Origin: Angustibacter luteus
GTDB lineage: Bacteria; Actinomycetota; Actinomycetes; Actinomycetales; Angustibacteraceae
DNA length: 64,000 nt
Direction of reading: 5' to 3'
Assembly (NCBI RefSeq): GCF_039541115.1
Contig: NZ_BAABFP010000007.1
Location: forward strand, 372,001-436,000
Made by a program: the position numbers and the translations under genes. The notes beneath the pieces are model-generated. The model saw only the letters and a program-made list of their open reading frames with translations. It was not told the DNA's origin and made no database searches. The stretch's first letter is position 1. Each line of letters begins with the position of its first letter. Of the stretch, positions 59,883 through 64,000 are shown in pieces.

Positions 59883-61222
59883 CGCGAGACCGCCCGGACC
59901 CGCGAGCCGCGGGCGCCGACCTCGCGCAGCACGTGGTCGAGGCTGCCGGGCCCGCGCCAGGGCACGACCGCCACCCCTGCCTGCTGCAGCCCGCGGACGG
60001 CCGCAGCGCGCTCCAGCAGCCGAAGCCGCCACACCGGCCCGACCCAGGGGTCGCCGGAGTCGGTGTCGATCGTGAGGTCCGCCGCACCCAGCTGGGCCGG
60101 ATCCGGCAACGTGTCGACCGCGACGACGGTCAGCCCGCGACCGGACAGGACGTGCAGCGTCGTGATGATCTCCTCGTCCAGCAGCGGCGAGACCACCAGC
60201 ACGAGGGAGCCCGCCCGCACGCCGAGCCCGCGGTGCAGGTGCGTGCGGCGGCTGCGGCCCTGCGGCTCGATCCGCGCCAGCACCTCGATCACCCGGAACG
60301 CGTGCCGGCGGCCGGACCGCGCGGGCACGCGCACCGCGCGCACCCCGCCCACCGACGTCAGGGACACCCGGTCGCCGCGGTGCAGGTGGTGCTCGGCCAG
60401 GGCTCCGGCGGCGCGCACGCTCGTGCTGAGGCTGCTCGCAGTCACGTCGGTGTCGAGGCCGACGCTGCCGAGCGCGTCCACCACGAGCACCACCTCGCTG
60501 TCCTGGTCGGCGTGCGTGGTGACCACCTGCAGCTGCCCCGTGCGCAGCGAGACGGGCCAGTGCACCCGACGCAACCGGTCGCCGACCTGGAAGCGGCGGA
60601 TGCCGGCGAACTCCGACCCGTCGCCGACCCGACGGCCCCGGTCCGGCCCCACCAGCCCGTTCGGGTGCGGGGCGGGTGCGTTGCTGTCGAACGCGGCGGG
60701 CTGCGGCAGCACGGTGACGCTCCGCTCGGGCAGCACGGGCGGCACCAGCCGGTAGGCCCCCCAGGCGCTGGTCAGTGACACGGTCGCGGGTCCGGCCCGG
60801 CGTCCTCCCCACCGCCGAGGTCGGAGCTGGGCCTGCAGGAGCAGGAGCGGCGCGACGGAGCCGGGAGCCAGCCCGAGACTCGGCGTGTCCGTCTGCGGCT
60901 GCAGCCAGCGGTCGTGGTCGAGCGCGGCGACCACGTGCTCGACCCGCCGGGCGGGCTCGACCTGCGCCCGCCAGCGCGAGACGGCGCCCTCACGCAACCG
61001 CGCCGGATCCGCGGTCACGGTGACGGACACCGAGCGGGCCGGGTCGGGCCGCAGCGTCAGCGACCAGACGAACACGACCACCAGCGGAACCGCGAGGAGC
61101 AGCACGTTGGGGCGCCCGGTGAGCACGGCCGCCACCGCGAAGGCGCTCCCGCAGCCGACGGCGCGCACCTGCGCCGCAGTCGGCCGCCACCCGGCGTCCG
61201 TGGTCGATCGCTGCGTCGACAC
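59879..61222 (-). CDS. DUF58 protein
   Basis: GSEFAGIRRFQVGDRLRRVHWPVS, GDRV; start approximate. Confidence 0.85.
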   Translation of the reverse strand: MSTQRSTTDAGWRPTAAQVRAVGCGSAFAVAAVLTGRPNVLLLAVPLVVVFVWSLTLRPDPARSVSVTVTADPARLREGAVSRWRAQVEPARRVEHVVAALDHDRWLQPQTDTPSLGLAPGSVAPLLLLQAQLRPRRWGGRRAGPATVSLTSAWGAYRLVPPVLPERSVTVLPQPAAFDSNAPAPHPNGLVGPDRGRRVGDGSEFAGIRRFQVGDRLRRVHWPVSLRTGQLQVVTTHADQDSEVVLVVDALGSVGLDTDVTASSLSTSVRAAGALAEHHLHRGDRVSLTSVGGVRAVRVPARSGRRHAFRVIEVLARIEPQGRSRRTHLHRGLGVRAGSLVLVVSPLLDEEIITTLHVLSGRGLTVVAVDTLPDPAQLGAADLTIDTDSGDPWVGPVWRLRLLERAAAVRGLQQAGVAVVPWRGPGSLDHVLREVGARGSRVRAVSR

Positions 61223-61227
61223 CGAGG

Positions 61228-62213
<986 letters not shown>

Positions 62214-62217
<4 letters not shown>

Positions 62218-62699
62218 AGGGCCTCGATTCGCTCGAGCAGCGCGGTCAGCGCCGCCGGGTCGGTGGGGACCTTCCGGGGGTCGTCCAGGAAGGCCTGCAG
62301 GTCGGGTCCGAGCAGCGGTCGAGCCCGCTCGGGGTGCTGGGCCCGCTGGATGCCGTGCAGGTCCCGCAACCGGTCGTCGACGACGCGGGACAGCAGCATG
62401 TGGGCCTCGACGGCGCTGGCCCGAGAGCGACCGGTGCTGGCCATCGTGCGGTGCAGCCGGGTCAACCGCGGGTCCCCCCGCCAGCTCACCTCGGGGTCAC
62501 GGACGTGGGCGAACCAGGACGGTGCCCGGACGAGTCCGGAAAGGTCCACCACGGTCCAGAGCACCAGGGACGTCGCGCCGACCGCCGCGGCCAGCCCCAC
62601 GGGCGACGGGTGCAGCCCCGCCAGGTAGCCGAACCCGCAGATCGCGGCCCAGACGAGGAGCGTGCCGACCCGTCGTCCGCGCGTCCAGGGGCCACTCAT
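62214..62699 (-). CDS. Hypothetical membrane protein
   Basis: Two N-terminal TMs; 4-nt overlaps on both sides; ends LLERIEAL. Confidence 0.65.
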
Positions 62700-63460
62700 G
62701 GCGAGGCCGGCGGGACGGCGCCCGCACCGAGGTCCGCGTGCAGGCGCTCGATGGCGGACTGTGCCGCCGCCCGGTCGGCCTCGCCCATCGCGTGCCGGGA
62801 GAACCGGGCCTCGCGGTAGAGGCGAGCGAGGTCGCCGATCGAGGAGGGGTCCACCGCGAGCTCGCGCAGGACCCGCTGGGTGAGCTCCTCGGCGGTCTGA
62901 TGGGGCGCCGGTGACACGCCACTCGCCTCGACCGCGTCCTCGAGGTCGAGCCAGCACGCCACGATGGCGTTGCGCGGGGTGCCGTGACGGAGCGCGTCCA
63001 GCTGGCGCTCGCGGCGCTGACTGAGCTCGCGGGCCACCTCGAGCTCGGGATCGGGCTCGGGTTCGAAGCCCGCCGGGGCCGTCGGCAGGTCGAGGCTGTG
63101 GGAGCGCAGGCGGTTGACCAGCCGGAGGAGGCCGAGCACGACCAGGGCGCCGAGGGCAACGACGAACGCGACCGCGATCAGGTAGCCGAGCCAGTGCAGG
63201 TCCGCCCAGGGCGTCGGGGTGGTGGTGGTGGGGTCGGCGGTGGACGTCCCGCTCGGGATCGTCGTGGTCGGGCTGGCCACGTCGGTGGGTGGCAGCGGGC
63301 TGGCGCCGAACCGGGGCGTGTCGATCAGGTGGGTGCTGCCGGTCGTCGCCGCCCAGACGACCAGGACGGCGCCGACGGCGAGGGCCACGACGAGGCGCTG
63401 CTTTCCCCCTCCGGCGATCACGGCGGCGAGCCTACTGCGCGCGCGCGGCGCTGCCGTCAA
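62696..63460 (-). CDS. DUF4129 membrane protein
   Basis: PRNAIVACW..LE, QTAEE, LYREARFSRH; start uncertain. Confidence 0.8.
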   Translation of the reverse strand: MTAAPRARSRLAAVIAGGGKQRLVVALAVGAVLVVWAATTGSTHLIDTPRFGASPLPPTDVASPTTTIPSGTSTADPTTTTPTPWADLHWLGYLIAVAFVVALGALVVLGLLRLVNRLRSHSLDLPTAPAGFEPEPDPELEVARELSQRRERQLDALRHGTPRNAIVACWLDLEDAVEASGVSPAPHQTAEELTQRVLRELAVDPSSIGDLARLYREARFSRHAMGEADRAAAQSAIERLHADLGAGAVPPASP

Positions 63461-63602
63461 CGCTGCCCGGGTCCGGTGCCAGGAATCCCGCCACGGTGCG
63501 AGGACGGCGTCCGGCGTCCATCCGGGTAGGGCACTGGTCTATCCCCATGTCTCCGCAACCTGACAGGACGGACAAGGGGGCGACAAGAAGGTGGGGCCTC
63601 GG

Positions 63603-64000
63603 TCAGTCGACGGGGCCGCTGACGGCGGCGGTGGCAGCGGCGGCCGACGCCGCGGCCGCTGCGACGGCGCTCGTCGTCCGGCTCGCGGCGTGCTCGCTGG
63701 CCCAGCCGAGCACCTCGCTGGCGATCATGGGCCGCGCGAACCAGAACCCCTGCAGGTCGTCGCACTCCAGCTCGACCAACCGGGCCGCCGTCGCCTCGGT
63801 CTCGACGCCCTCGGCCACGATCGACAACCCGAGCCGGTGCCCCAGCTCGATGATCGACGTGACGACGGCGTCGTCGCTGGGGGAGCGCTCGAGCTGGGTG
63901 ATGAACTGACGGTCGATCTTCAGCTGGTGCACCGGCAGGCCGCGCAGCTGGCTCAGGCTGGTGAAGCCGGCGCCGAAGTCGTCCACGGAGACCTGGATGC
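63603..64000 (-). CDS. EAL-domain c-di-GMP phosphodiesterase, C-terminal part (runs off the window)
   Basis: DDFGAGFTSL, LKIDRQF, AEGVE, QGFWFARP. Confidence 0.88.
   Translation of the reverse strand, partial: IQVSVDDFGAGFTSLSQLRGLPVHQLKIDRQFITQLERSPSDDAVVTSIIELGHRLGLSIVAEGVETEATAARLVELECDDLQGFWFARPMIASEVLGWASEHAASRTTSAVAAAAASAAAATAAVSGPVD

Overview
Very GC-rich actinobacterial chromosomal window. The backbone gene order matches what I recall for the Mycobacterium Rv2457c-Rv2478c region and the equivalent Streptomyces region: dynA-dynB-ssbB-ettA ... thioesterase/Rv2474c-like ... aglA-glbO ... malQ-pepN-Rv2466c-like-rpiB ... tRNA-Gly/tRNA-Pro ... tig-clpP1-clpP2-clpX. Accessory modules are interleaved: a fasciclin/SigK-like/RskA-like module with twin divergent ECF promoters; an NlpC/P60 gene under a c-di-AMP-type riboswitch; an acyl-CoA catabolic cluster including an ACAD10/11-type kinase-hydrolase-dehydrogenase trio; a secreted beta-1,2-glucan-active-like glycoside hydrolase; a sulfatase/FGE pair; an emfourin-like lipoprotein; SigE-family and ECF42 sigma modules; an orphan HicB with a HicA remnant; and two MoxR/DUF58 operons flanking the Clp locus. 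I found no CRISPR array, integrase, transposase or rRNA, and I cannot demonstrate a wholly new system. The best candidates for undescribed biology are a three-copy palindromic intergenic repeat family built from a 19-nt unit, a divergent riboswitch, a possible lactone/4-hydroxyacid catabolic operon, and an ssbB gene apparently lacking its start codon. All family calls come from motif recognition, not database searches.
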